This document shows positions 9,604 to 19,577 of a stretch of 64,000 nucleotides of DNA, one piece after another. The notes beneath the pieces were generated by a model. It did no database searches. It worked only from the letters and a program-made list of their open reading frames with translations, and was not told the origin of the DNA. The position numbers and the translations under genes are program-made. This DNA is from a virus (lineage: Duplodnaviria > Caudoviricetes). Positions within the stretch are counted from its first letter, which is position 1, and the number at the start of each line of letters is the position of its first letter. The stretch covers positions 10,658 to 74,657 of the IMG/VR virus record IMGVR_UViG_3300027819_000009. One strand, written 5' to 3'.

Positions 9604-10456
9604 TTGTGGCCTCCTCTTCTGATTCTTCTAAAATAGACTCATGCTCAACTCCGAAAAGAGATGGCTGATTATTGGGTGGAATAAAATTATAAGTAATACA
9701 TTCGGTCTTGTATTTAGTTCCTTCCCTTTTTCCAGTAACCGAAACAATCTGCTTTAAATCTTTAAATCCCCAACCATACTCTTCTCTGAATTTAGTAAGT
9801 AAGTCCGACGGATAAGATGTTAAAATGAATTTTGCCTTGCAGTTAGCTAGTGCATTTAATAGATTTGCAAAGTCCGACTCAGTGTATCCATCATAGTGAG
9901 CCATGTCCGAGTTGAAATAGGGTGGGTCAGCGAAAATTAGTGTATTTTCTCCCTGTCCCTTTAATTTTATCACATCTAACGCATCTCGATTAAACACTTC
10001 ACAGTTCCGGAGTCTATGCATATATCTCTCCGTAAAATTATCTCTCTTGTTTGCGGTGTTTAACCCAGAACCATTCTCCCCGAATGCAAAGCCGCCACCC
10101 AAAATATGTGAGAACGAACATGTACACTGAAACCAAAAAGCCCAAGCTCTTCTTACGGGATCCGCACTTTCATCATTTAAAACAATGTCCGACTCGGTGT
10201 GTAAAATTTCAGAATGCAATGATGCTTGTATTAGTTTCTGAAGTTCTGGAAAATTAGTTTTTACTTGCTGATAAAAATTAGTTATTCTTCCATCGAAATC
10301 ATTTATAACTTCGTTCCGGTGTGGGTTTTTTGCAAAAAAAACAGCACCACCCCCAACAAAACATTCAACATAAGAAACTATCCCATCTGGAATAAGCGGA
10401 AGAATCTCCGGAACCAACCTTTGTTTTCCACCATAATATGCAATCGGGGTCTTCAT
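9596..10456 (-). CDS. Dam-like (D12 class) DNA adenine methyltransferase
   Basis: YYGGKQRL, ECFVGGGAVFF, EVIND and FADPPY motifs. Confidence 0.92.
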   Translation of the reverse strand: MKTPIAYYGGKQRLVPEILPLIPDGIVSYVECFVGGGAVFFAKNPHRNEVINDFDGRITNFYQQVKTNFPELQKLIQASLHSEILHTESDIVLNDESADPVRRAWAFWFQCTCSFSHILGGGFAFGENGSGLNTANKRDNFTERYMHRLRNCEVFNRDALDVIKLKGQGENTLIFADPPYFNSDMAHYDGYTESDFANLLNALANCKAKFILTSYPSDLLTKFREEYGWGFKDLKQIVSVTGKREGTKYKTECITYNFIPPNNQPSLFGVEHESILEESEEEATNE

Positions 10457-10467
10457 AGACTTTTAAT

Positions 10468-10662
10468 TTAAACTAGTTCAACATTAACCGCATTCGGGCC
10501 TTTTTTGCCTTCTGTAATTTCGAAGGTTACCTCGTCGCCTTCTTTTATTGGGCTGTCAACTAAACCGGTTGCATGAACGAATACCTCATCGTTTGTTTCT
10601 TTGTCAATAATAAATCCGAATCCTTTTGCCGAATTGTAGAATTTTACTTTTCCTTTACTCAT
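10468..10662 (-). CDS. cspA: Cold-shock protein
   Basis: KGKVKFYNSAKGFGFI...VFVHATG...GKKGPNAVNV (RNP1/RNP2). Confidence 0.95.
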   Translation of the reverse strand: MSKGKVKFYNSAKGFGFIIDKETNDEVFVHATGLVDSPIKEGDEVTFEITEGKKGPNAVNVELV

Positions 10663-10814
10663 AATAATTGTTTTTTAAATGATTAATAATTTATATTGAT
10701 ACAATAATACAGCTTATTATTGATAGGATATCGAGAAAATTAGGCTGGTTTTCGGAAGTTTTACACAATTACAATGTGTATAAGTTGGATGTGTATAAGA
10801 TTGTGGGTAACTTG

Positions 10815-11657
10815 TTAAAGCTCCATGTTGTTTCCGTAGTATTTATCGAAAAGATCCCTTGTTTTGATTTTTACAGCCTCATCGTATGTGTACATCTTCT
10901 TCCCTAAAGTGTTTTTTCTCTTTTCATATAAAGAAGTTGAACTTGGGTGTTCGTATATGTACTCTTTTATAGCATCAGCAAACATGCGCTCAGAGAATTG
11001 TCCCTTAACTCGTTTAACCATGCGATAAACATCCACATGAAAATATTTGTTTCCTATCCGGAATTGATGGTTCACCAATTTTTCAACAATCGAGAAGATT
11101 TCGTATTCCGATTTAAGCATCTCCTTACAGTCTAAAATTGAGTCTAGCTGATAATGGTAAGAAACGATCTTAGCATTCTGTCTGAGGATTTTTGAGAATC
11201 TTCCAATCGACTGGAAATGAATAACCAAGTCGCAATTTCTGTGACGCACCGTACACAATTTACCAATCACCTCGTCTTTTAAATTATCACCCAAAATGGA
11301 TGACATATCCTCAATTAGAATTGTGCCGCCCCTGAACTCCGTCAGTGTTCTTATAAGAAGTTTTTCAGTCTCTTCCGGCGACATAGGCATCCCGTTCGGA
11401 TGGAACGGGGCAATTCTTCTTACCTCAACTTTAGCTTGCTGTCCGAAAGCAATTATTCCGTTGTGAGGTATGGCTTGGATCCTATGTTTTACTCCGTCGA
11501 TTTCATATTCTGCGTACTCATTTTGACTATCAAAGAGAAGTGTTTTGTTTTTATGCGGAGAAACGTAAGCTCCGTACAGTGCCGCTTTTAACGAACTGTA
11601 TGACTTTCCAATTTCCTGGGCTCCACTTCGAATAAGAATTAACCTTCCTCTTGCCAT
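10815..11657 (-). CDS. A32/FtsK-HerA-like P-loop ATPase, candidate genome-packaging ATPase
   Basis: Walker A GAQEIGKS at the N-terminus, Walker B TILIED, then TVRHRNCDLVIHFQ...ILRQN (RH, Q and R.N motifs typical of A32/P9-type ATPases). Confidence 0.75.
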   Translation of the reverse strand: MARGRLILIRSGAQEIGKSYSSLKAALYGAYVSPHKNKTLLFDSQNEYAEYEIDGVKHRIQAIPHNGIIAFGQQAKVEVRRIAPFHPNGMPMSPEETEKLLIRTLTEFRGGTILIEDMSSILGDNLKDEVIGKLCTVRHRNCDLVIHFQSIGRFSKILRQNAKIVSYHYQLDSILDCKEMLKSEYEIFSIVEKLVNHQFRIGNKYFHVDVYRMVKRVKGQFSERMFADAIKEYIYEHPSSTSLYEKRKNTLGKKMYTYDEAVKIKTRDLFDKYYGNNMEL

Positions 11658-11667
11658 AAGTACTTAA

Positions 11668-12387
11668 TTATTTAATCCCAAAGAATCCTTTTTCCGGTAA
11701 GCGAATAGCCGGAGATGATTCTATATTAAAAGCGATGCAATTGCCTTTAGGCTTCTCAACTGTAAACGGAAAGCCATAGGAACGTAACCTGCCGGTTATT
11801 TCTGCTTCTGTTTTAGTTCCTCCATTTATTGCAAAGCCACAGATATCGTCGTACATTGGACGGTGCTTTTTAAAGATGCTGTGTAAACTATACCCGATTA
11901 CAATTTCCGGATCCGCTAGGGCTTTAGGAAGCTCCTTTTTTACTTCTTCTTTCATATCTATATTATTAGTGTTTATTTTTTCGTTAAATTCTTCTTGGGT
12001 TACGTGTATTGGTTGAACGACGTAAAATATCTTCTCTTTTGAATGCTCTGGCTTTTGATTAGCCCATTCTATATCTTCTTTTGAGGCAGGGTAACCAATG
12101 CCAAGAGTAATTTCTTGAGCCTTTAATTCCTCCGTTAACTCCGCCACTTGTTTATCCTGAAGGCTAGGCGGCTCAAATGGGTAATACTCCTCTTCGTATT
12201 CAACCTCATCGACAATTGTGTAAAAATGAATTAAAAGAATTAAAATAATGCAAATAAGGAAAATTGCCCACTGAACCCATGTTGATGTTTCCTTTTCAAT
12301 TGCTGCATCTACCCATCCGAATACCAGTCCTGCAATTATAATTACTAGCGTAATTGGCCATTTATTCATTAAGGAGAATTTTGTCAT
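11668..12387 (-). CDS. Membrane protein, two N-terminal TM segments
   Basis: WPITLVIIIAGLVFGWV and WAIFLICIILILLIHFY. Confidence 0.6.
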   Translation of the reverse strand: MTKFSLMNKWPITLVIIIAGLVFGWVDAAIEKETSTWVQWAIFLICIILILLIHFYTIVDEVEYEEEYYPFEPPSLQDKQVAELTEELKAQEITLGIGYPASKEDIEWANQKPEHSKEKIFYVVQPIHVTQEEFNEKINTNNIDMKEEVKKELPKALADPEIVIGYSLHSIFKKHRPMYDDICGFAINGGTKTEAEITGRLRSYGFPFTVEKPKGNCIAFNIESSPAIRLPEKGFFGIK

Positions 12388-12518
12388 GATTTATCTTTAT
12401 CTTTTTTTACTTCAATTATTACTTATATTTGTACTGTCCTAAAAAAACTGGTCGGTTAGGTGTCCGATTATAGGCTCGAATAAGATTCACTATACCATCC
12501 TAATCGACCTCTTTTTTG

Positions 12519-12591
12519 AGCGGAAGACAGGGTTCGAACCTGCGACATTTAGAGTGGAAATCTAATACTCTACCAACTGAGCTACTTCCGC
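12519..12591 (-). tRNA. tRNA-Gly(TCC)
   Basis: GCGGAAG/CTTCCGC acceptor, TAGCTCAGTTGGTAGAG D arm, TTAGA-TTTCCAC-TCTAA anticodon arm, GGTTCGAACC T loop, U73; CCA not encoded; TATATTTG promoter at 12617-12624 (-). Confidence 0.93.
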
Positions 12592-13357
12592 TTACAGTTA
12601 TCTTTATCTTTTGTTGCAAATATACCAATTAATTATGTAAAATGCCATTTATGTTTATATCCTAAGATTGGGCTTTTCAAATAGTTACATTATGTAAGGT
12701 GGATTTTATTTCCAGATACAATTATAGCTGTGCTTGTGTTGCCCTTGTGGCATATAGCCTTAAACATCTTCGAATCTGTATCAAAGAACTCATCGTTCCT
12801 TCCTTTATCTTTCTTTATTAATAAGCCTTTAATTTCGTAGTATTTGCCGGCCGTGTCCACCGCTGTTTTCTCATCATCTAGTATTGTTACCATCATGTTA
12901 TTTATAGTTTAATGAGTCTGTTTTACATTTAATTATATTCGGGCGCCAAGGCTTATGCTGCTCTGTTGGCGTTTCCATGCACTGATATCGTCCAGAAGCC
13001 TTTTTTAGGCAATATCCGCCTATTACTATAAAGTCCCCGAATAGGTCGCGTTCTTTATCTTTTATCTCCACAAGGCGCTCTATTTCCAGATTAGTATCAA
13101 ACTGCTGTAGGAACTTATCCATCTGATTTTCGGATAGGAGTTGGTATAGTTTTAGCTTTTTCATTCCTCTAGTATTACTTTATACCCGTTTAATTCTAAT
13201 ATTTGCTTTACATCATTTTTTGTTAGCTCTACCGTAATAATCCTGTCTGATCCATACGTGTGCTTACTGGCCAGCATTTTAGTGTGGTAAATACCAAAGA
13301 TAGTCCTTGTCTCGTGGTTAAGATTTACATATACCGGCTTTATGTATTTGTATAATT

Positions 13358-14134
13358 TCATTTTCTTAACTCTTCGTGGTTTTTAGATATTGCATAAATT
13401 ATAGCACCAAGACCATCTAATCCAAATTTTATCTGCGCATCTTGCTCTGGAATCATACAGTAAGAAGGCGACAAGTCTTTTACTTTCCAGTCGGGGTATT
13501 CGTATTTAACAATTTTGTTTGCAAAGGCATTAGTATGGGCCTCATCGTTATGCTCGCAAATTATACCAATCTTATAATCATCGTCGATGTTGCCGGCTAA
13601 AACTCGGCTCATTTCCAAAAATTTATCCGTCTTGCCTCCGTTAAATCCACCGCATACATAACGCTCCTTTAGGTTATCCTCCAAATAAGCCTTAGATGCT
13701 GTGTGTACGTTTTGACTTCCCCATTCGCTGTTGTTCCAAAAGCCAGGGTGTCTAGTGAAAATTAAATCAACCCATTCTTCATCTTTAAATAAAATCTCAT
13801 CTGTCACATCTCCAACCATTCGCATATCTACGTCTGAATAAAATACATGAGAGCAAATTTTCATTTTATCTGCTGCCTGGGTAAAGAATTTATAGCGGAA
13901 CAGAGTACTTGCAGGCCAAGGCTCGTGTTTTGTTGGGATTATAATTAAAGAGATTCTCTTTGGGAGTTTTAACTGGTAAAATGGCTTATCTCCAAAAAGG
14001 TACACAACGATGTCATCCAAAGGAAAGAAGTGTTTATTCACACTCTCAATCAAAGGCTCTAAAAACTGGTCATAGCGTCCTGTTGCGATGAGTAATAATC
14101 CTATTGTTTTCTTTTTGTAATCTTTATTTTCCAT
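13358..14134 (-). CDS. Glycosyltransferase family 6 (ABO-type alpha-1,3-Gal/GalNAc transferase)
   Basis: LLIATGRYDQF, YSDVDM, HPGFW, GGFNGG, HNDEAHTN. Confidence 0.88.
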   Translation of the reverse strand: MENKDYKKKTIGLLLIATGRYDQFLEPLIESVNKHFFPLDDIVVYLFGDKPFYQLKLPKRISLIIIPTKHEPWPASTLFRYKFFTQAADKMKICSHVFYSDVDMRMVGDVTDEILFKDEEWVDLIFTRHPGFWNNSEWGSQNVHTASKAYLEDNLKERYVCGGFNGGKTDKFLEMSRVLAGNIDDDYKIGIICEHNDEAHTNAFANKIVKYEYPDWKVKDLSPSYCMIPEQDAQIKFGLDGLGAIIYAISKNHEELRK

Positions 14135-15089
14135 TTGTTTTCTCCTCTAAAATATTCATTAAGCTATTAATTCTTTCGCTGTGGAATTCTGCTCCTGCCC
14201 AATTACTTGAGTTTATAAAGTGCATAAATAACCCATCTCCTATTTCGCTGTAAAAGTTATAAAAGGACTTTGTGAAATTAGGATTCTGAACGTGTATCTC
14301 GTTTAAGAACGGACAGGCCTCTTTTCCGTATTTTTCTATTATTCTAAAACTAAAACCTCCCGTATCTAATTTTAACTCATGCGAACAGGAGAAGTCCACA
14401 AGGCTTTGGTCTATATCTCCATTATTAAAGGCATAACATCCTGGCCAAAAGTACTCTATCCCGTCCTTATTCTGGCCCATACCGATTGCCATCTTTCCGG
14501 CGAGCATTTCTTTTATTGAAAAGGGGCGAGTCGGGAAGCAATCAAAGTCCAAGAAGAGAAAGTACTTATACTCATTTTTATAAGTAAGATAGGCTATGTT
14601 TGCCGAAAAACTATGGGACTCAGATCCATTCTTTGAGGTAGCATCTGTTTTTAAGTAAAGGCATTTTAATTCTGTATCGTTATAATACTTGATGGCTTTA
14701 ATTGTATCTTCATCCGTTGAATTATCTACAATGATTACATCAACCGTCTCTTTATGGAACTTTCGAATAAGCTCTACCTGGCGTTTTATTAAATTAGCAT
14801 TATTATAAGTGATTATTACAATGGCTGTATCATTCTGATTTTCATTCATTACTATTTCTGTTTTATGTTGGCCCCGTTTAAGTTTTCCTATTTCATTAAT
14901 TAAATGCCCAAGCTCATCTCTCTTCTCCAATGCGAAATCAACCATCTCATCTGTTTTCTCCTGAATCTGCGATTTAAGCCTATTGTTTTCATTCCGAAGA
15001 GCCTCACACTCCGCCTCTTTTGCATTAAAGGCATTGTTTATCTTATTTAACTCTTCCTCTATTTCGGATATCTTTTTTAGTAAATCCAT
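14124..15089 (-). CDS. GT2-like glycosyltransferase with N-terminal coiled coil
   Basis: IVIITYNN, VIIVDNS and LFLDFDCFP motifs. Confidence 0.75.
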   Translation of the reverse strand: MDLLKKISEIEEELNKINNAFNAKEAECEALRNENNRLKSQIQEKTDEMVDFALEKRDELGHLINEIGKLKRGQHKTEIVMNENQNDTAIVIITYNNANLIKRQVELIRKFHKETVDVIIVDNSTDEDTIKAIKYYNDTELKCLYLKTDATSKNGSESHSFSANIAYLTYKNEYKYFLFLDFDCFPTRPFSIKEMLAGKMAIGMGQNKDGIEYFWPGCYAFNNGDIDQSLVDFSCSHELKLDTGGFSFRIIEKYGKEACPFLNEIHVQNPNFTKSFYNFYSEIGDGLFMHFINSSNWAGAEFHSERINSLMNILEEKTNGK

Positions 15090-15303
15090 TATTTCTTAGT
15101 TATAATATTTTATTAAAAACTACAAATTTATAAGTTCTCTTTCCTGTTATTGGCGGATTCTGCGAGGACATTGTTGTTAGATAATGAGTCTCGTTTTGAA
15201 AATCATCAAAACTGTTTCCGTATGCCTTCTCTGCGTTGCTGTACTTATTTAGCATATCGCATATTTGGCAAAGTTGATTTGTTGTATATGTTTCCATTAT
15301 TCT

Positions 15304-16185
15304 TTAAGCATAAATAAAATTAGTATCATTGTATGCTTCACCTCTTAGCCTTCTTGCTAGAATGTTAGGACTTTTAATGTTATTAACAGAGTTAACGGCA
15401 TTTTGAAGTCCAATATAAAAAATACCAGTTTGTGTATTTAATATAATTCTACTTTTAGCTTCTATTGTTTTTTGAGAATGTTTTTTTCCAAAGAAATGGT
15501 TTTTTTCACCCTTACTTGATTCGCTAATCCTTCGCCTTACATCTTCCGAATGTTTTTTTCCAAACATTCCATTCCCCTCTCCGCTATTGGCTATGCTTAT
15601 TTTTTCTCCAGTTTCTTTTGGTCGTTTTCTGCCTTTATGAAATTTACTTACCTTAAGCCTCGCTTCTTTAGAATGCGATTTCCCAAACATAGGATGCTTG
15701 TCGCCTGAAACGGCATCGCTTTGTTTTTTCCTAGTTTCAATACTCGCCTTTCTGCCTGTATGGATTAATGATATTTTTTTTCTTGTTTCTAAAGATGGGG
15801 ATTTGCCAAAATTATGATTTTTGTTGCCTTTTTGCGCCTCACTCATTAAACGTTTAGTTTCAGGAGAATGACTACCTTTACTACCGCCACATTTTCTTAA
15901 GTTTAAACCATTTTCTCCGTACACATTGTATAGTTCTCCATAATATATTTCAAGTAAATTTAATTCCTCTTTGTTATAAATACCGAGTATATGTATGATT
16001 TCTTTTTTATGGGAGTCCCATCCGTATTTTTTCAATGAATTATATAGCCTTCTTTGAGTTTTGCAATTATAATTACAATATCTATCAATCCATGCTTGAT
16101 ATATATGTGTAGATTGCCCAATGTAAATTCTTCCTGTTGGAGATGTTAATTTATATATTCCTATTATTTTTTCTTTTTTATTCAT
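15304..16185 (-). CDS. GIY-YIG homing endonuclease with NUMOD3 repeats
   Basis: GIYKLTSPTGRIYIGQS; repeated HSxETRKKISE/GxKNxMFGK motifs. Confidence 0.9.
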   Translation of the reverse strand: MNKKEKIIGIYKLTSPTGRIYIGQSTHIYQAWIDRYCNYNCKTQRRLYNSLKKYGWDSHKKEIIHILGIYNKEELNLLEIYYGELYNVYGENGLNLRKCGGSKGSHSPETKRLMSEAQKGNKNHNFGKSPSLETRKKISLIHTGRKASIETRKKQSDAVSGDKHPMFGKSHSKEARLKVSKFHKGRKRPKETGEKISIANSGEGNGMFGKKHSEDVRRRISESSKGEKNHFFGKKHSQKTIEAKSRIILNTQTGIFYIGLQNAVNSVNNIKSPNILARRLRGEAYNDTNFIYA

Positions 16186-16321
16186 AACAAAAAACTACCT
16201 ACTCCAAATGCAAAGGAACCCCAGTTGCACGAGAGTGCTATGGCAATGCAGATGGGTAGGATTATTTTAAATGTTTTCATACTGAGGTTCATGGCAAATA
16301 TAAACAATCATATTTAAATAA

Positions 16322-16915
16322 TCAAGTTTTAGTTATTAGTGCAGATACCATATTTTGGTTATCAAAAAAATTCATCGTGCATTCTGCGTTTACTTCTAAT
16401 ATATGCTTAGAAAAAAGATTATATAACGTATAAGGGCTAAACCAAAAAAAATGGTCTCTGTGTATTTTTTCTGTAAATATACCATTCGCATAAGTCGCTT
16501 GTTCATAAACTTTGTAATTCGGGACAAGAACAAACATCTTTTTAAAGTTTAAAGAAAAAAGCTCATCCACAATTTTACCAGGATTAACAAGATGCTCTAT
16601 AATATTAGGAACCAAAACAACATCATATTCTGTTTGTCGCAACATTGGCTCTGTAAGATTTTTAAAGTACTTACCTTCAGGATAATGTTTAATAAGTTCT
16701 TCTATCCCATTCGGATCCACTCCATGTAATTCTTTACAGAACTCCGACAGGAATATATGCATATTCCCTTTAGGATTGAATATAGGCCAGTCCGAGCATC
16801 CGATATGAAGTACTTTTTTATCTCGGCATAAGTCCTTACAGAAGCTCCATGAATGTAGGTCTATATTTCCTACAGCTAGTTTTTGTGTAAAGAAGTCGTC
16901 TGTTTTAGTTTCCAT
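16322..16915 (-). CDS. Class I SAM-dependent methyltransferase
   Basis: KKVLHIGCSD, YDVVLVPNIIEHLVNP. Confidence 0.75.
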   Translation of the reverse strand: METKTDDFFTQKLAVGNIDLHSWSFCKDLCRDKKVLHIGCSDWPIFNPKGNMHIFLSEFCKELHGVDPNGIEELIKHYPEGKYFKNLTEPMLRQTEYDVVLVPNIIEHLVNPGKIVDELFSLNFKKMFVLVPNYKVYEQATYANGIFTEKIHRDHFFWFSPYTLYNLFSKHILEVNAECTMNFFDNQNMVSALITKT

Positions 16916-17570
16916 TTGTTCTTATATAAAAATCGTTAATATCCAGCCTCTTGTCCGCAACATATCCTTGCCTATCCATATATTCGTAGTATTCGGGATT
17001 GCTTGGGATATTTTCCGCAATAAGCAACTTTGGTTTTAATTTATCAAATCTAATGCCCTTAAAAACATCCAATTCAAAACCCTCAACATCAATTATAATA
17101 GCATCAATTTCTTTTAAGTCCGGATGGTGTCTTTTTAAAATAGTATCTAGAGTCAAAGCCTCTACCTTTATAGTTTTTGTGTTCCCGTTTTTAGGAAAGA
17201 ATTCCCAATCAAACGATTCAGATAAACCGTTTCCTTTTGCTGTATATATGTTATATTCGCCAGTTAAGTCTGGCTTAACCACACTCTCTACGCCTTTTAT
17301 AACAAGCATAGATGCAGATATTCCATTCGGGGTAACCATAAAATCTGTATCACCGGCATCTGAACTATAACAGGCGTATCTTAGAATTGGGTAATTCAGG
17401 GCTTTGTATTCGGCACAAAAAACAGGGTTAGGCTCTATTGAAATTATATCCCATCCTTTTTCTCTTAGGCCAAATATAGGATTGCCGAGTTTAGGAAAGC
17501 CTGCGCCTATTTCAATTATAGTTCCTTTGTATCCTTCAGGAAAGTATTTAAGTATCTCTTCAGTCAGCAT
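16905..17570 (-). CDS. FkbM-family methyltransferase
   Basis: IIEIGAG, ISIEPNP, IIIDVEGFELDVFKG. Confidence 0.85.
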   Translation of the reverse strand: MLTEEILKYFPEGYKGTIIEIGAGFPKLGNPIFGLREKGWDIISIEPNPVFCAEYKALNYPILRYACYSSDAGDTDFMVTPNGISASMLVIKGVESVVKPDLTGEYNIYTAKGNGLSESFDWEFFPKNGNTKTIKVEALTLDTILKRHHPDLKEIDAIIIDVEGFELDVFKGIRFDKLKPKLLIAENIPSNPEYYEYMDRQGYVADKRLDINDFYIRTNGN

Positions 17571-18510
17571 TTTTTAGTTTTTCTATTTTTTCATTCATTA
17601 AACTATTTGTTGGATAGGACTCCTTTGTTGTTCCGTTCCATAAGTTCCGGCTAAGAATTTCAAGAGAAGGCGCTTTGTTTGCCTTTGCTAGATTTACCAT
17701 CTCCTCAATAAGTTCATCCGAATAATCCTCGTTTATCTTGTTTAAATAATAAGAGTACATCTTAGGCATTTGGTTAAGCACTGTTAATGCTTCCCTGTGG
17801 CTCCCGAAATGGAAAACACAATCTTCTATGAGTCTACCAAACGAGGGTTCAATATAACCAGTTATGGCGAGGCCTAGCTTGTCAGCGACTCTATGTTTAT
17901 CTTGCCAATGAAAAGCCACCACGTCGTCGTCTGACCCCCTTGATTGATAATCTTCGGATGCCCAAGTTGCCCAATCAGAAGATGCCCATTCCATTCCTGA
18001 ATCTTTACGATTATGAAACCTACAAAACCCCGGAATCATCGCAAGCTCTCTGTAAATATGCGTAGGAGCCACGTTGTAACATTGGGCCATTGCAAAGAAT
18101 TTATCCGGAGGGTATATTGAAGCCTTGCCATCTGCTATAAATTGTAATTGCCCTACGAAAGCCAACTTGCTCTCTTCAATTAAAGTTATCGGCATCATGA
18201 TCCAATTTTTAGAGACAGGCAGGACATCAGTGTGAATTTGAACTATATATTCATATTTACTCAAATCTTCGTTTCTAAATAAATAGTCCAGCCCATACCC
18301 CGAATAAAGCGGTTTTGTTCCTATAATTGTAACATCGTTTTCATAAATATAATCTTCAAATAGTTTAACATAAGTCGACTCACAACTTTGATCAATTATA
18401 AAAATATGTTGGTTTATTTTCTCGTGCTTATACTTTCTGATTTGACGAATAGATGCCCTCAAAAACTGGAGCGATTCGAAATGTGATATTACTATAGCGA
18501 CTGATTTCAT
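17560..18510 (-). CDS. GT-A fold glycosyltransferase (GT2-like)
   Basis: VAIVISHFES, IFIIDQS, QIHTDVLP. Confidence 0.6.
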   Translation of the reverse strand: MKSVAIVISHFESLQFLRASIRQIRKYKHEKINQHIFIIDQSCESTYVKLFEDYIYENDVTIIGTKPLYSGYGLDYLFRNEDLSKYEYIVQIHTDVLPVSKNWIMMPITLIEESKLAFVGQLQFIADGKASIYPPDKFFAMAQCYNVAPTHIYRELAMIPGFCRFHNRKDSGMEWASSDWATWASEDYQSRGSDDDVVAFHWQDKHRVADKLGLAITGYIEPSFGRLIEDCVFHFGSHREALTVLNQMPKMYSYYLNKINEDYSDELIEEMVNLAKANKAPSLEILSRNLWNGTTKESYPTNSLMNEKIEKLKNAD

Positions 18511-18523
18511 AATTTATTTTTAG

Positions 18524-18632
18524 TGCAAAAGGATGGATTCGAACCACCGACTTGGGCCAAATAAGGCATGGCTATTATTTCCCCATCTCCTTTTTCTCAA
18601 TGCCGACCGCTCTACCGCTGAGCTACTTTTGC
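18524..18632 (-). ncRNA. tRNA-like element with ~37-nt insertion in the anticodon arm
   Basis: GCAAAAG/CTTTTGC acceptor, TAGCTCAGCGGTAGAGC D arm, GGTGG-TTCGAAT-CCATC T arm; 60 nt between the D and T arms versus ~23 in a standard tRNA. Confidence 0.7.
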
Positions 18633-18635
18633 GTT

Positions 18636-19577
18636 TTATATTGTTTTCCATACCTTATCCTTTGAAATTTCACTGTAAACTTGTCTTATCCCGTCCTGTA
18701 AGTCAATCTTATGCCGCCATCCAAGACTATGCAGTTTACTTACATCAAGCATTTTACTTAAATTCCCATCCGGCATATTTGAATTGAATTTTATCTCCCC
18801 ATTGTACCCAACAATCCCCTTAATTGTATAAGCCAAATCATTAATACTAATCTCCTCCTGTGGCCCTACATTTATAGGCTCTCTGTCGCTGTAGTTTTCC
18901 ATAAGGAACAAACAGGCATCAGCCAAATCATCCGAGTGCATAAATTCTCTCTTACTTAAGCCAGATCCCCACACTTCAACAAACTCGCTGTTTTTCTCTT
19001 TAGCCGTATGAAACTTAGAAAGTAACGCCGGCATTACGTGGCTTGTTTCGAGATTATAATTATCTCCACTTCCATACATATTTACAGGTAAAGCCGTTAT
19101 AAAATTACATCCGTATTGATCCCTATAAGCCTGGCACATCTTTATTCCGGCAATTTTAGCAATCGCATAAAACTCTGTGGTTGGCTCCAGTTTTCCAGCA
19201 AGCAGATATTCCTCCTTAATCGGCAAAGTACAAAGTTTAGGATACAAACAATTACTCCCTAAAAACAATAACTTCTTAACTTTATTTACATAACTCGCAT
19301 GTATTACATTGCATTGCATAGCTAAGTTGTCGTATATGAAATCTGCTCTGTAGGTATTATTAGCATGAACGCCTCCTACTTTAGCCGCAGCCATAATTAC
19401 ATATTCCGGCTGTTCTTTTTTAAAGAAAGAGTCCACAGCCTCCTGGCAACGCAAATCTAAGTACTTAGACTGTGCTGTAATTATACCTGTATAGCCATCC
19501 TCTATTAGTCTGCGGAGGATTGCGGAGCCGACTAAACCGGTATGGCCAGATAAAAATATGCGTGAGTTCTTGTTCAT
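18636..19577 (-). CDS. fcl: GDP-L-fucose synthase
   Basis: SGHTGLVGSAI, AAAKVGGVHAN, LGSNCLYP, YAIAK, PVNMYG, WGSGLSKREFMH. Confidence 0.95.
   Translation of the reverse strand: MNKNSRIFLSGHTGLVGSAILRRLIEDGYTGIITAQSKYLDLRCQEAVDSFFKKEQPEYVIMAAAKVGGVHANNTYRADFIYDNLAMQCNVIHASYVNKVKKLLFLGSNCLYPKLCTLPIKEEYLLAGKLEPTTEFYAIAKIAGIKMCQAYRDQYGCNFITALPVNMYGSGDNYNLETSHVMPALLSKFHTAKEKNSEFVEVWGSGLSKREFMHSDDLADACLFLMENYSDREPINVGPQEEISINDLAYTIKGIVGYNGEIKFNSNMPDGNLSKMLDVSKLHSLGWRHKIDLQDGIRQVYSEISKDKVWKTI

Noticed and set aside
18524-18632. Intron-containing functional tRNA
   Set aside because: No splice choice restores a 7-nt loop with U33 and a sound 5-bp stem; the insert is too short for a group I intron.
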